This document shows positions 62,247-64,000 of a stretch of DNA of 64,000 nt, one piece after another. The position numbers and the translations under genes were made by a program. The notes under the pieces are model-generated. The model was not told the origin of the DNA. It ran no database searches and saw only the letters and a list, made by a program, of their open reading frames with translations. The stretch is from a virus (Duplodnaviria > Heunggongvirae > Uroviricota > Caudoviricetes). How positions within the stretch are numbered: position 1 is the stretch's first letter; every line of letters begins with the position of its first letter. The stretch lies in the IMG/VR virus record IMGVR_UViG_3300029711_000004. One strand, 5' to 3'.

Positions 62247-62681
62247 ATGTCTGACGTCTCAACAAACCTCTATAAGAGTCAGTTGTTGGACTATTACTAT
62301 CAGCGGCGCGCTGAATCGTCCATTAACAAAGGCTCTCGATTTTTAATCAGCAAGGCCGTTTTCGGTACCAGTTCACTGGTTACTAAGAAAGGAGATGGCA
62401 CTTATGAGATTGGAGAACTGCCAAAGGCTTTCGATCTGGCAGAACTGACCAGTCAATTTTGCACCATCAACCTCGTCCCAACCTACTCAGGCGGGATAAT
62501 TACTGTCCGAATGGACCTTGATCAAAGTCAGTTGCAGGAAGGGAAAAACTACCCATTCAACACTCTGGTTGTTCTGGATAACGAGAATAAGCCAATCGCC
62601 ATTATTTGTGTCCAGGAAGACTCGCTGTATGTGGGCAAAACATATACCGCAGTTATGGCCATAAACTCGACTACAGCATAA
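62247..62681 (+). CDS. Tail-fibre-associated protein (144 aa, R position)
   Basis: ORF track; directly upstream of tail-fibre gene. Confidence 0.5.
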   Translation: MSDVSTNLYKSQLLDYYYQRRAESSINKGSRFLISKAVFGTSSLVTKKGDGTYEIGELPKAFDLAELTSQFCTINLVPTYSGGIITVRMDLDQSQLQEGKNYPFNTLVVLDNENKPIAIICVQEDSLYVGKTYTAVMAINSTTA

Positions 62682-62692
62682 GGATATGCTTG

Positions 62693-64000
62693 ATGAATGA
62701 CGTTACAGTTGTTACATCGGTTACTTACCCATCACCCGAGTCGTTGGCTCTGGTGGCTGATGTGCAATACCACGAACCATATCTGTCAGCCGCTCTAAAC
62801 CGAAAATTCAGGGGAATTGTTGACCCGGGATTTTATGCTGGTTTCTTGCCTAAGCCTGGCGGTGGGATGAACCTGTTAATCACCTCAGTGGATGGAGATA
62901 AAACCGCTGGCGCGGCGTCAGTGGATATTGGTGAATTCTACCAGGTAACTATTCAGCATCGTAAGGATATCTCTCTTGCACTTAACGCAGGCAAGAAATA
63001 TGCAATTGTGCTGAAGGGAAGATACCTTCTTGGAGAAGATACCTATCAGGTGAATACCGCGTCACATATTCATGCAGCTGAATTTGTTGCCAGAACCTAT
63101 ACCGATTCATATCAGTTAGGTGATGGGGAACTGCTGGTTTGTACGGTGAATATCCCTGCTGGCGTATCTACCATTACTCAAGAGATGATTGATACATCCG
63201 AGCGTATCAACCGCACGATCGGCATTGATATTTCAGACTCTGTAACCAGTACCAGAAGTGATGTTGCTGCGAGTTCGCTGGCAGTTAAAAAAGCCTACGA
63301 TCTGGCGAAAAGCAAGTATACGGCGCAGGATGCAAGCACAACGCAAAAGGGATTAGTTCAGCTCAGTAGTGCCACTAACAGTACGTCCGAAGTGCTGGCC
63401 GCCACACCGAAAGCTGTCAAGGCTGCATATGACCTGGCTAACGGGAAGTATACAGCCCAGGATGCAACCACGACACAAAAAGGGATAGTTCAGCTCAGTA
63501 GCGACACCAACAGCACTTCTGAAACATTAGCTGCAACGCCAAAAGCGGTTAAAGCTGCATACGATCTAGCAGCCGGAAAGGCACCATCCAGTCATACACA
63601 TCCCTGGAATCAGATCACTGGTGTGCCAACAGCTTCATTGACAGCGAAAGGCATCACTCAGCTCAGTAGTGCCACTAACAGCACGTCTGAAGTGCTGGCC
63701 GCTACACCGAAAGCTGTCAAGGCTGCATATGATTTGGCTAATGGAAAGCAAGCGGCAGACGCTACGCTCACTGCTCTAGCGGCACTAGCTACCGCAGCAG
63801 ATAAACTCCCTTATTTCACAGGGGTTGATCGTGCCGCGTTAACTGCACTGACAAGTGTTGGACGTGCAATTCTTAGTAAGCCCAGTATTCAGAGCGTTCT
63901 TAATTACCTTGGTTTGGGGGAAGGCTCTGCACTGCCTGTTGGTGTGCCCGTTCCGTGGCCCTTAGAAACACCACCAACGGGGTGGCTGAAATGTAACGGA
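62693..64000 (+). CDS. S: Tail fibre protein S, constant N-terminal part; runs off the right edge
   Basis: ATG at 62693 with AAGGA RBS; open to window end; three TQKG(L/I)VQLSS.TNSTSE.LAATPKAVKAAYDLA repeats. Confidence 0.75.
   Translation, partial: MNDVTVVTSVTYPSPESLALVADVQYHEPYLSAALNRKFRGIVDPGFYAGFLPKPGGGMNLLITSVDGDKTAGAASVDIGEFYQVTIQHRKDISLALNAGKKYAIVLKGRYLLGEDTYQVNTASHIHAAEFVARTYTDSYQLGDGELLVCTVNIPAGVSTITQEMIDTSERINRTIGIDISDSVTSTRSDVAASSLAVKKAYDLAKSKYTAQDASTTQKGLVQLSSATNSTSEVLAATPKAVKAAYDLANGKYTAQDATTTQKGIVQLSSDTNSTSETLAATPKAVKAAYDLAAGKAPSSHTHPWNQITGVPTASLTAKGITQLSSATNSTSEVLAATPKAVKAAYDLANGKQAADATLTALAALATAADKLPYFTGVDRAALTALTSVGRAILSKPSIQSVLNYLGLGEGSALPVGVPVPWPLETPPTGWLKCNG
63318..63745 (+). 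repeat. Intragenic tandem repeats in tail fibre gene
   Basis: Three nucleotide copies coding the LSS.TNSTSE.LAATPKAVKAAYDLA repeat. Confidence 0.8.

Noticed and set aside
63318-63745. Tandem nucleotide repeats considered as a possible mobile or array element
   Set aside because: They are in-frame protein repeats inside the tail fibre gene.

Overview
This 64 kb window is a contiguous segment of a P1-like temperate phage-plasmid from an enterobacterial host; the IS200 copy hints at a Salmonella or E. coli lineage. All calls are read from the sequence and the supplied ORF track, with no database searches run; gene names follow my recollection of the P1 map and are marked where unsure. Landmarks left to right: an exact loxP 34-mer with cre running off the left edge; immC (coi, c1) with 17-bp C1 operators scattered through the window; pacB/pacA with the GATC-hexamer pac site; lpa; phd-doc; humD with a LexA box; hot; a long leftward block of small accessory genes; a Ser/Thr phosphatase; a rightward baseplate block; the ban operon with tRNA-Ile, tRNA-Thr, tRNA-Asn, an extra tRNA-Ser-like gene and TerB-like tciA; dmt; hrdC; a spanin pair; the plasmid replicon (oriR/incC, repA, incA, parA, parB, parS); head and sheath genes; a hok/gef toxin; repL-kilA; an IS200 insertion; immI (ant, icd, c4); and the tail operon through Sit to a truncated tail-fibre gene. 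The best candidate for an undescribed system is an AT-rich three-gene cassette at 51.7-53.9 kb, where P1 carries sim: two secreted proteins plus a membrane-anchored SH3-like protein, the first ending in a copy of a motif from the Sit C-terminal region. Other points worth a second look are the hok/gef locus, the IS200 insertion, the fourth tRNA with inverted repeats flanking the tRNA genes, and an AT-rich membrane-peptide module at 10.2-11.3 kb.
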